From the NCBI RefSeq assembly GCF_026571515.1, contig NW_026862005.1, forward strand, positions 124,001-188,000: a DNA stretch of 64,000 nucleotides. Reading direction: 5' to 3'. Below are positions 36,323 to 49,300 of the stretch, piece by piece. Origin of the DNA: Ruditapes philippinarum. Taxonomy: Eukaryota. A program made the position numbers and the translations under genes. Within the stretch, counting starts at the first letter, position 1; every line of letters begins with the position of its first letter. The notes beneath the pieces were generated by a model. The model did not search any database and was not told the DNA's origin. It was given only the letters and a program-made list of their open reading frames with translations.

Positions 36323-39300
36323 TATGCCGTCCAACACGCCCACTTAAACTGCTGCATGCTCGGTTTGATTAATGGTGTTCGGCACTACAAAACATGCTCC
36401 CTAATACCGGTTATTTTTTTTATTAGATAATACAATATTATGATATGAAAACAATACAATCCTAAGCAAACCTTAGAGTTTATTGTACAATAAACATCAT
36501 AATTGCATGACCAGTTCTTCTGCACGCTTGCACGGAAGCTAACAAGCTTACAATGAAAATTACATTATCTATATGATTAATACGTTTCTGCAGTTTTGAC
36601 AGATTTGCATGTCCCCTATAGAAACCTAGACAGTTAAATAACACCAAGCGGCGGCAAAACATATATTGTATATTGAATGTTTCGGCCAAACCGCAGTGAA
36701 AAACGTTGCCTGCGCTAACCCGTATACTCAAATGCTAATTCTACTTTTGATAACTATTATTTATCGTTAAAATGCAGTTAATATCGATTCATTTCTGGCT
36801 ATCAATGTACTTTTGCTGAACAATCGAAATCGCTCGCCAATCCTGGTCATATTCGTGACAAAGTTTGCAAAGAAATGACATCTCGAGTGGTCACTAAATG
36901 ATGTTGTAACGGATGTGCTTGATGACCGCGCCAGATGTAAGGATTTGCGGATAGATAATACGTCGCAATAGGTGCGTAAATCTGCAAAAATTGTCGATAG
37001 TCCTTTTCAACGATTCCCCAATATGGTATTGTGAATGAGTGCATCAAACTGGGAACGTTCGGTCATATTATGACTTATTCAACAACCAACAGAATATTGC
37101 TAATTATAAATTGATAAACAATGTTTAACAGGGACTTTCCGTATTTTCTTAGCGGTGTCCCAAAGTTTACCTTTGCCTGTTTGGTTACTTTTAGTAAGAA
37201 TTAACAATATACTTGAGTGTATTTGCGTTAAATTGTGTGCGTCGTCGTGAATTTATTTCGAAAGGTGTTTTTCGTCTCTGAAATTATAATTTTCTTCACA
37301 TGGTCTTTCCGGACTAGAAAGTGCAAAAATTTCGTTTCTATCCGAAAATTTGTTTTACAAATATAATAGTTACTAGTGCTTTCTGTAGGTAACCAAACTA
37401 AAAAAAACACACACAATTAATTCAGAAGAAAAAACAAAGTGATGTTAACTAGTGCTTAGATAAAATGACTGAAATCGCAACATAACTTTTACCATCTTAT
37501 ACAATTAATACAAATATGTATATTTTGTTTTATTAAAAATCCACATGTCATATGCTTTAGCTTATACAGTGGAAAACTCACACCAGAATAGAAAATTAAA
37601 TAAAGCGATGACCTGTTCATGAGTTAAACTTGATTCACAACCAAGCATCGCCTAAAGTGGATTTAAATAATTCGAACAAATGTAAATGAGAACAGTGGCT
37701 TTTTTCTAATGTTCTGTCAAAAGTTTTAACATTGCTTTTGACACTTTTACCATAACGTTGTATTACAATATACAATTTTAGAGCCGATGAACAAAAAACA
37801 AAAATAATGGAGACAGAGAAAAGGCATTTTAGAGTCGATGAAAAATGCATACATTTGAAAATTATTCTAATCAATAATAATTGTATAGAGGTTGAAATAT
37901 TTTCTTGCATAATATATTGGTTATGTCATTTGGCGGATTAAATAAATCCCTTAAACACATAAAACATTGACTTGATTTGTTCTATCACTGACATCACAAG
38001 TTTGTTTTCTAATTGTTTTGTTCTTGCTATACAAATGTATCATGGGCATCGTGAATCAAAACTTTGTCATTTAAATCTGGTATAAAAGTTGATGTTTTTG
38101 TTTTATTCCAAAAATAAATTGCTACACGACTGAAAGCTTTTACAAATGTCCGTTTAAAGATGTAATGAGGAATGATAAAATTGTTTCATTTACAATTGTT
38201 ACACTTAAGTGCAATACAATATGGATTACTCACGTAACAATGACGTCGAGTTAGGGGCGGCAAGGGCGGCTACCGCCGCACCCCTAATTTTGGTAAAAGC
38301 AGCACAGAAAAAAAAGTAAAAATATTACATTTTGGGTTTTAAAAAGAATGGATCATTGACAAAAACGTCATATATCTGGCACCCGTTTCCAATACGTCAT
38401 TTATTAATATAAAATGCAACTATCTCCTCGTGCCTCAAGGAAATTTGCCTTACGCAAGATGGTGGCCAGTACCATCCTTGTATATTAATATTGTACTGCC
38501 GCAAACTGAGCCGGGAATCTTTGGTTTCTCAAATAAGTAAATGTCGAAACTTTAAAGAATTGAACTGAAAAAGCCAATGAGTTTTATAAAGGTAATATTG
38601 AAAGAATTGGATTGCCTTAAAATAGTCCTACTTGGTTTACCAGATACAAATTTATGTTATTATTTACATGTATATACGCACCTGATTTTACAGAGGAAAA
38701 AAATGAAAATATTAAAATAAAACAAAACAAATAAAAAAGGCACGTCGTATTTTTTTGTTTGTGTTTTTTTTCCTAAAGTTATTTCTTACTGTAAACATAA
38801 TAGTTGCTAACATATTGTTTGAATTTAAATTTCCCTGAGCGTTGTTTTGGTAAGAAGAATCCAAAAGTACTATCAATAGTCTGATTGTAAAATAAAGTGA
38901 TTGAATTTACTTATAATTGGTAATAACTGATATATACAAGTTTTATAGGCTATAGTTCTATAATTATTAGCCTTGAATAAAGTAAACATTAATATAAAAA
39001 ATATTTAAATATTTGGCGTCTTAAATAATAAATGAACAAAATATAAAGTAGCCATTTTCAATCATCACAAAGCTATCAAAAAGGGCATTAAAAGGAATTC
39101 TCATTTTTCAAAATATACTCATGGAGTCTGCAGGCGGGACACCCCTTCAAAACCGCCTTTTCACAGCCGCTCTAGTGTCAAAATCTTCGCGGCGCGCTTG
39201 CCCTTTATATTGATATTGAATATGAGCAAAGTTATTTAAAAATAAAATGAATTTCTGAATTAATTTAAAATCAATACATTTTTTCCCTGAAGAAGTAAAG

Positions 39301-39610
39301 GCGCATCTGTGCTTTAATAAATTAAGAGCATAATACAAGCTTATAATGTGACGGAATGAAGCGTTTTTATGAAATGTTTTGTAATAAAAGTTACACAAAT
39401 TATAGTGTCTCCCACACAAAACAGTAAATCATTATAACTTATTTATAACCAAAAGGCACATGACTAAATTGCCAACGTTTCGAACAATGTAAGAAAACAC
39501 CAAAAAAAAAATAAAAAAATTAATACATAAATAAATAAAAAAATTAATACCATCAGACAGATGAAAATACATGTAATAGAAATATATGATAGATTATTAT
39601 TACCGTTATT

Positions 39611-40956
39611 TATGGAAGCGTCCTAGTGCCAAACCTGAAATGTTTTTATGTCATAATTAGTAGATAGTAAGTGCTAATTAGTAGAAAGTAAGTGCTAATT
39701 AGTAGATAGTAAGTGCTAATTAGTAGATGCTAAGTCAGAATTAGTAGACAGTAAATACTAATTAGGAGATAGTAAGTGCTAATTAGTATATACTAAGTCA
39801 TAATTAGTATATAGTAAGTACTAATTAGTAGATACTAAGTCATAATTAGTAGATAGTAAGTGCTAATTATTAGATAGTAAGTGCTAATTAGTAGATACTA
39901 AGTCATAATTAGTAGATAGTAAGTACTAATTAATAGATACTATGTCATAATTAGTATATAGTAAGTACTAATTAGTAGATAATAAGTCATAATTAGTAGA
40001 TAGTAAGTACTAATTAATAGATACTATGTCATAATTAGTATATAGTAAGTACTAATTAGTAGATAATAAGTCATAATTAGTAGATAGTAAGTACTAATTA
40101 GAACATAATAAGTCATAATTAGTAGAAAGTAAGTACTAATTAATAGATACTATGTCATAATTAGTATATAGTAAGTACTAATTAGTAGATAATAAGTCAT
40201 AATTAGTAGATAGTAAGTACTAATTAGAACATAATAAGTCATAATTAGTAGATAGTAAGTACTAATTAGTACATACTAAGTTATGACTTAGTATCTACTA
40301 ATTATAACTTACTATCTAATAATTAGTACTTACTATCAACTAATTATGACTTAGTATCTACTAATTATAACTTACTATCTACTAATTAGCACTTACTATC
40401 TACTAATTAGTACTTACTATTTACTAATTATCACTTACTATCTAATAATTAGTACTTACTATCTACTAATTATGACTTAGTATCGACTAATTATAACTTA
40501 GCATTTACTTATTAGTACTAACTATCTAATAATTATTACTAAATATGTACTAATTAGTACTTACTATCTACTAATTATAACTTACTATCTAATAATTAGT
40601 ACTTACTATCAACTAATTATGACTTAGTATCTACTAATTATAACTTACTATCTAATAATTAGTACTTACTATCAACTAATTATGACTTAGTATCTACTAA
40701 TCATAACTTACTATCTACTAATTAGCACTTACTATCTACTAATTAGTACTTACTATTTACTAATTATCACTTACTATCTAATAATTAGTACTTACTATCT
40801 ACTAATTATGACTTAGTATCGACTAATTATAACTTACTATCTACTAATTAGCACTTACTATCTAATAATTAGTACTTACTATCTACTAATTATGACTTAG
40901 TATCTACTTATTAAGAGATAAAAATATTTCAGGTTTGGCACTACGACGCTTCCATA
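39611..40956. mobile_element. Non-autonomous fold-back DNA transposon, possibly IS3EU-type: ~38-bp TIRs, 6-bp TSD GTTATT, inverted 21-bp satellite arms
   Basis: TIRs TATGGAAGCGTCCTAGTGCCAAACCTGAAA / TTTCAGGTTTGGCACTACGACGCTTCCATA; GTTATT at 39605-39610 and 40957-40962; array orientation flips at ~40283. Confidence 0.85.
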
Positions 40957-42307
40957 GTTATTAGACTAATAATAGCAATTTAGCAATTTTGTTTGCACGG
41001 CAATGCATATGATTTTGACTTGACGTCATATGCATTTTATTCTTTAAATTATGTGGCGGTCGTAAAAAGTCGCCACGTACATTTAATCAAAGATGTTATA
41101 CATATATTTTGGATCGTTAAATATCGTTAAGCACGACATGATTGCTGTGTGTGAGTTTGTTGTACTTTTTGTTCTTTCTATTTGATCTGTTTTGTACTGA
41201 TGGGCTGTTCCATTATTCCTATTTACATACTGTATCATCACCCCCAAGGATATGTTGCCAGGGAATGGCACGAACGTGTAACATTGAATGCCCAATGATG
41301 ACCACAGTATGAACATATCATGTTGAATTCTGCTTAAGCCGGTGCAAGGGTGCGGTGCGTGGACGAAAACTTGCGTTTTCCAGTACTGTCCTTGGACAGG
41401 CTCAATCAAAATACTGCACGTTTGTAACGTCGTTTTTTATTGAATAATCGTGACGTTTATATAATTTATATACACTGTTGCTGTCAATTTATGAAGTTTC
41501 TTTTTTTTTCCGGAAACAAAAGTTATTCTTTCGTATATTTTGGCTATTTAAACTTACAGCCATTATTACTATACTGAACCATATAACTTATCAGAAATCT
41601 TTATACTAGTAACGAATAATACAAACGTAGCGTCCAGTCACGCTGAAGAATAAGCGCGTCAAGGAAATGAGATGTACATGCAAGTTTACTATGTATACAC
41701 CTTTAATAACTATATGAAGATGTCAAGTAAAGCTCAGCAAAGTTTTAAAATTCTTGCATGTTAAAAATAAAATTATAACTTTACTAATCTTTAAAATGCC
41801 CCTGCCTCTTGAATATGTTTAAATACATTTTGGTTTAATAAACAATGAATATATTTTGTATAGACTTTAGATAGGTTAAATCGTGCGTACGAATATTATT
41901 AGTAAGTTGAGATATGTAAACAACACATCATAGAATATTGTACAAAAATGCTTGTATAAACACGTTAAAATAAAAACTTTAATAGAACGAATATTCAGTT
42001 GCAATATTAATTTTATCAGTTTGATTCCACCTTTCAGTGTCGTTTGCCTGGAAGCTTGAAGAACTTGTTCACAATTATTTATTGTCTGTTAAATAGATGT
42101 CTTATTTTGAAAAAGACGCGATTTTCTTGTCTGCTAGTTATTTTTTTTTTTAAGAGGTGGTGGGTGGAAGTGGGTGGCAGGTCTGTAATAACGAATCCAA
42201 CTATAAAATACAAGTACAAATACTAAAAACAAACAACTCATATACATAGACAGTATGTTATTATTGTTTTAATTAAGAGATTTAAGTGTAGCCAAATTCA
42301 ATATCAA

Positions 42308-42315
42308 TGACGTCA
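42308..42315. promoter_or_regulatory. Perfect CRE palindrome TGACGTCA (second copy at 41021-41028)
   Basis: Exact motif ~570 bp upstream of the TATA box. Confidence 0.35.
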
Positions 42316-42780
42316 TTTAATTAAACTTACGAGCCTGTCTCTTACTAGATTAAATGATAGAGGAGTTTGGTAAAAACAAATCCTAAATCACACGTCACTT
42401 TAGCTAACTATCTTAAATTCTTATCAAATTTTCCTTATTGAACTATTTTAGATGATATAACTCATCATACGGGACGTTTTACCGATTTCACTATCATTTT
42501 TGTCCGCCAAAATGACATGCAGATATGACATCTTGTTACTGTTGCTATGGAAATGGGTAGAGTCAAATGGGATTGAGTCTTATAACCTCTTGTGTGACCA
42601 CTAAACGCCATGTGCTTATCAACAACACCTCTTGTGCGTAATCAGTTATATGACTGGGAAACTACATGACTTTCGTCAAATATCTCTGACCAAACATTGC
42701 AAACTTTTAAACGCGTAGGAATCGCTAATTATCTGTTCGTGTTACGCGCATTGATTCTGCCACTTGTAACTGGCATTTTG

Positions 42781-42969
42781 ATTGGACGAAAGGTGACAAA
42801 ATCCCGATAAAACGCTTGCTTGGATTGGTTATTATTACTTAATGTAAGCGCGTTATCAAAATCGCACACGTAAAAACGCTTGTATAAAAGAGAGTTTTTA
42901 TTTCATGATTTGGCGGAACAAAAATAAATAAATTTGAAAGACTCGGATAAACTATCCTAATTGGCAAAG
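42781..42969 (+). promoter_or_regulatory. Putative Pol II promoter and short non-coding first exon, probably of the PTH-like gene
   Basis: Two reverse CCAAT boxes (ATTGG at 42781 and 42824), TATAAAAG at 42883-42890, strong donor AAG|GTAAGA at 42969/42970, then T-rich intron-like DNA. Confidence 0.55.
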
Positions 42970-45900
42970 GTAAGAATAATATTTAAGTTAAATTTATTGT
43001 TTTAGAAAATAGTCTCTTATAACTGTTTGAATTTAAAGAATTTCTGATATACATATTTAGCTATGTTATAATTTTAAGAATTTAGTTTACTGTTTGATAG
43101 TTTGTAATTATTTGTTGTTTGACTGCATCAGAAATGTCATTGGAATTTTTAACTGATTATTTCTGTTTTAGGTTTTAAGATATTTCACATTCTTCTTTAA
43201 TTTGTCTGTAAACTGTGTCAATTATATTCGCTTCATTATTTTAACTTAATTTTTCTCGTTAAATTTGCATTAAATCATAGTAAGAGGCCAATAAGCTAAA
43301 TCAAATTTTGATTTAAATCAAATTAAATGAAATAAAAAACAACAACACTTAAATCTCTTCACATGTTGGTTTTTAGTCACAATTTCCATATAGCAGAGGA
43401 TCAAAGATTTCTTTGGCACTTACTATCTAGTATGAATTAAATATCGAAAAACAGAATGCAATATACTCATGACTAAGTTTCATCCAGATATGCAGTCTTT
43501 CAATATTATTTTTTTAATGTGCATTTCTGTTTTATCACTTTTTTGAAATATTGGAAATAATTTACGTAATTGTTACTGATTGTAACTGATAGAGTTAACA
43601 TTATGTGATGTATTGTATAAGTAAGTAAGTACGTAATTTATTTATTATAGGTACATGCGATTGCATATTAAAAGTTAAAGGCCCAATGGGCTTATAAGTG
43701 AGCTTCACTAAACATGAAATATTTACATAAAGTCGAAACAGACACATTTGTCGGAAATCGTAGCTATTACGTGATAGAAATATGAATAAAACATATTATT
43801 ATTGCCTTGAATATGGTAATCATTTGTTAATAAAATGCAGATACTCTTTGTTTAAATTACACTTCATACGATATGTGATTTTATTCTATAAATTAATCTG
43901 TACATGACATGTAAATATTCTTCTAACTATGTTTTGCATTTAATTACGAAATTGAAAAAATATTACAAATAACATAAATGGAGTAAAGTACTTATGATTA
44001 ATTCAAAAGTAAAATTGATATCGTCAAAAAGGCAAAGAATAACGTTAATCACATATTTTGATAGCTTACAACAATTTTGTATGTTTTTTCTTTCTTTTTT
44101 AAATGTTTCAGATTTTTTTAATCGTAGAAATCAGTTTGATATAGATCAATATTTTATATACCTGTTGTTAAATTCACAGCATTGCGGACGGTATTAAATG
44201 CTTCCACGAATAAATTCATTTTTATTAAATATAATTGACTTTTAATTGGATGAAGAACGTAGCAAATGGCATAAAACACTTTTGCAAACTTCCCTAGATA
44301 CGATAAAATTAGCAACATGTATAAATCTATGCTAGATAAGTCGTGGGAATAACTATTCCTTTGCAGGTATGATGATAAAACCAATTTATTTTTTTCAATA
44401 ATTCAGCTTTACATTAAAAATACAATAAAATTTAAGAGTAAAGACTTGTGTAATAATATACGAGAAGATAATCTACAATAAACATAATTTTGTTAGTGCT
44501 GTTTTTGTATCTTAATAACGATTATTATGCCACATCCCTTTATAAGTTTTTTTTCTCTTTAAATCTCATTCAATTTGAAATTTGAATGATTTCTAATTTG
44601 TAAAAGAGACGATCAATTTGCATCGGCACGTTTAACTGGATTCGTGAGAGTTTTAGTCTGTAACAATTATCTCTGTTGCTTCTTATTTCTTTCTAAAGTG
44701 GGATTCAAATTTTGTTATCCTTGTACCTTTTTATTTCTTTCACACGGCAAAACATGATTAATAACGATTGATGATGAAAGTGTTTTACGGTCATTTTAAA
44801 TGTGTTTTTAATATGTTTAGCACACAATAATTGATTTCAAATCAGCTCAAAAACCAATTGACTTTCTTTTTCGGGAAAAAAACGTCGCCATTTTAATTTA
44901 GACCGGGCACACCCATATTGTCTGACCAAGCTCTAACTGTTGGCTGAATACTATGTTTGAATGGTCATCTTCATATCAACAAAATTTCTTATGGACAGTT
45001 CCGAAAATGCTATTTGGACAAGACCATTTAAGAAATTCACCAACTTATGGTTTAACAAATTACGTATACTATTTAAAGAGCGTCTCTGTAATTCAGATTA
45101 AAACTAAGCGTCACAGTGATAAATTCCTTTCAACATCTGAATGCGAGTTCGCACTCTCGTTCCTTAGCAATGTTAGTAATTAAGTCAATTAAAGACACCA
45201 TACTATCGCTCAACTGGTAATTTCTGAAAAATGGTTTTTACGCCACGTGTTTAATGGCTTGTGGTATATATGGTATAACATTAGTTCTAAAAGAAGGATT
45301 ATGCCATATATGTTCTCTTGAAATTAGGGAAAGGTAAAATTGTAGTGACGTTTGCGGAACAAGATATTCCTATCTAGATTAAATTCCCATTATGCCTCAG
45401 AAATGCTATCATTTTTATTTCTCGAAACCTTTTTTTTAATTTTTGGTATCATTTTACCGCCGTGTTTTTCCAGAATAATCATATTTTTTGCAAAATGACC
45501 CAAAAATGTAAAGCGTTGCAACGTTTTTCGCTCAAATTGGACAAAGAATCGCACAATATTCGATATACAATTCAATTATGGGTATATTTCTTTATTATCC
45601 TTTGCAAATTTTCCATTTTTTTAAACTTGATCCATGTAAGAATTTCAAATTTTATGTTTAAAGCCTTTTAATTTCAGTGAAGCACCATTGAAAAAGGTAA
45701 TAAGTTTTGTTGTTATATGATGACATTGTCAGTTAGTGTTGGACACATGCAACATTGAAATACATAGCTACCTTTCCTACCACGACAATTTGTTTAATCG
45801 CTAAATAAGCCTGAAAATGAATCTTAATGGATTAAAATTCGAAATATATACTTCTTTTCTCAATTGAATCTTTCCCTTAATCGATATATATCAAGATATG

Positions 45901-47618
45901 ATTATTTCTGTAATAAAATCTTTCTTTCCTAAAACGTATGTCTGACAGTCATTTTTGCATTTATCAATATCAAATTGTAGACAAGCAAACACATGTTTCT
46001 TCTGTTGCAACAACCAACACGATTACAGAAGGTTCTCGTTAAGTACTATCATGCATTTTTAATCCCTCGTGTAAAATAGATGAAATAATAGAACCTAAAT
46101 GAAATAATAGAATTGTTCGAGGAAAAAACAAAACTGTCATGAATAATAGAATTATAATGAAATAATAAAATCGGTTGGAAATAATAGAATAGAATAAAAT
46201 AGATTATGTAGGATAAATGGAAAAAATAGAACTGTAATGAAGTAGTTTAGTTACCAATCTTGATTGGTTGCTCTCTAACCTTCACCCTGTTGAATTTGTG
46301 CAAAGGGTTTCTCAGAATTTGTAACTTTTTAAAAGGCTTGCAGGATCTTATGTGTGTAACTTATACACTTGGAAAAGGAGAGGTCCCTAAATAAAAACCA
46401 TAAATTGTTAGATATTGTAGACTCGGTTTGATTGGGTCTGTTCATTAACAATATTGGAAAATTCGTCATCTCTTAGGCCCCTAGCACCGACTTAAGAAGC
46501 ATTCAGTCTTCAACAGTCTTCGGCATGTTTTTCTTAGCTGAGTTTGAATTCTCAAGGCTCTAAAGCAATTAAATCTGCATAAGAGTATATTTTCCACTAC
46601 AAGAAATATTGCTTGCGATTTTATAATGCTCTTTGCACTCACTTGGGAATATAGTTTCTAAAAGAAAAGTAGTATTTAATAATATAATAATTACATTGCG
46701 AGCTTTCCCCCGCTTTTTCAAAAGTTTTGTTCCTGTTTTTGAGGAAAACATGGTTGAACTATTTCTTTTTGTCGTATATTCTAGGGACATTGACTCAGTT
46801 TTCACTTAGGACTAGGAATTGAATTTAATTTCCTCAGCAGCATCCACTGGCACATTAATTTCCCTCAAATTTACTCGAATTCTTACAAAAAAATATCAAA
46901 TTTAGATCAAAACCACCTCTAGCAAGTGACACAGTGTTAACCTTTCTCAAGAACTACTTTTTGTTTTTATTATAAAAACTATCAACGAGTTGCTCTTACA
47001 AGAAAACAAAAATAAATTGACAAAATTTTTATCATCTTCTAATGGACAAAAAGTGGTATTCTCTTTAATCTTTGTTAACAACAACAAACAGTTTTGAAAC
47101 ATTATTTGGATACTTTGTTATGTTGTTACTACAATGACAATTTGTCTTTAAGGATGAGTATGTTTTAAAATGCTACCAATGTGAAACAAGTAATATTTTT
47201 ATTAATACATATTGTCTAGAAAACCTAGTTCATCTATTTTGCATTATTTTTAAGTCAAATTTGTCATTAAATATGCTTCAACTTTCTTAATTTTAATTAT
47301 GCTTAGTATCAGAATGCATAATTAGATATCTTTATGAAACACATGCTGACCTGAAGCATTTGCAAGAGGTAAAAGTAAAGGCAAATCGGTGCTTTTGGGT
47401 ATTTGTAAGACTCAAGATCAAAATGACCAATAAAAGTTCTACTTGTATTCACTTGTTCTCTGTATAATTTTATAGGGAGTCAAATTTGTTCACAGAAAGC
47501 TTTCGGCCAAAAGCAAAACAACCTCAAAAACCCCCCAAAAAACCTAGTTTATTGGTTTATCTTAACTATTCTGATTCACTAACTCATACTTTTAATATAT
47601 GCCATGATAATGATTAAT

Positions 47619-47711
47619 TTGATTGATTGATTGATTGATTGATTGAATGAATGAAATGATTGATTGATTAATTGATTGACTGACTGACTGACTGACTGAC
47701 TGATTGATTGA
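47619..47711. repeat. (GATT)n/(GACT)n tetranucleotide microsatellite
   Basis: Direct reading. Confidence 0.85.
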
Positions 47712-48659
47712 ACATTCTCCAAACTCGAAAAAGTACGATAAAGATACTTCTGGAAAGAATAAAATAATATAAATTCCTTTATTAAAGTGCATAGACAAAT
47801 TCCAACAAATATTGAATAGTACAAAGCAATCTATTCGAACGCATTTAATGATATTGGAAAGTCTATGCTTTCTCTGTTTCCAACTATTCTTTGAACATAT
47901 CGTTTATCAATGAAATACATATATACTCTGACAAGTTAGTTTAGATTACAATTGTTAGACAAAAATTTACTCCAAATTTAAATGATTTTGCACAACATAA
48001 ACAACAGTTATTGTTAATACAGCTATATCTAGAAAGGTAAGTATATTAATATTTGTTATTGGCACTCTAAAAATGCTTGTGCATGCCTCAAATGTAGACA
48101 AAGAGCCGTCGGAGGACCAAGTAATGTCTTAAGTAAGCGATAATTCGCCATAAAACTGTAACCTTGTTGGTCAAACTAAAATTGAATTTCAGCACAGTTC
48201 TCTATATAAGCTATACAGCATGACCCTCACTATGCGGGAAACATACAGCGTTTACTGGCAGTACAAAGAGCACGTTTTCTCATTTGACATAAAATTAAAT
48301 AGGCATTATGTGAAAAACATAATTGATGGCAAAACAATTCTAGTTAAATTTGACAAGATTTATATAAATTCAAATAGTGAAAGGTAATAAACTGTGCAAT
48401 ATTTTTAATTGTACGCTTTATTAAATGGTTCGACTAAAGATAGTTTTCTTTTCATTAAGGTGCTTTCAGTGTCGATTCTATAACGATGATATTTGAACTT
48501 TTTTTGTTATAACAATTAGTTATATTGTGATATTTTGATACATGCTGTATAGTATATATGTTGAAATTTTCTATACGAATGATGAATGATTTTGTCCAGA
48601 ATGTTTTATTACAATGTCAATAATCTTTCTTTTTCTTTTCTTTTTGTATACTGCAAAAG

Positions 48660-49300
48660 TATCATGTTTGTAATGAATAGTTTTCTAATTCAAATATCAT
48701 AGTTTGCATGAATTGTCTCATTAAATCAGCATGATAGGTTTCATATCGGTAATAATTTGCGTTCTCGATGAATAAATTTGTGTCCAAAAATATCAACAGG
48801 CGCCAGTATATTCGTAAATGATACGAAGCTTTGCCTTGAGATTGATCAAATATATTCAACATTGTTCATGTTAAAGCTGAAAACTTCCTTATTTATTCAA
48901 ATATACTGTGAATACAACATATTATTAAGTGCTTAGTCAATATCTAAATACGTATCACTCCTATACTGACAATTCTTCCGTTTTTATAATCAAACATTTC
49001 CTCTAGGCAGTTAAAAGAACAATATTCTTACGCATATGATATCAAACAATTTCCGATCTGTTTGTTTTAACTTAAATTCTAAGTCTCGATTAAACTGTTA
49101 ACGGTTGCTTCCTATTTACAATAAATCGCAGCTTATGCTCACAATTTGTAACTCTCTAGCATGCACTGCTATTAACTTTAATCTGGTAATAATGTGGTCA
49201 TATTTTACTGCCAAAATTTAAGCGATTTCGTAGGTTTCTCAGGGATGATATTTTGGAATGATTTCCCAGTTTAATCGGCCTAAAAGTTCAAGAACGTAAT
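48660..49300 (-). mobile_element. Possible highly degraded Penelope-like RT fragment
   Basis: LIFLDTNLFIEN (FLD motif) and KLRFIV-like remnants among stop codons. Confidence 0.3.
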
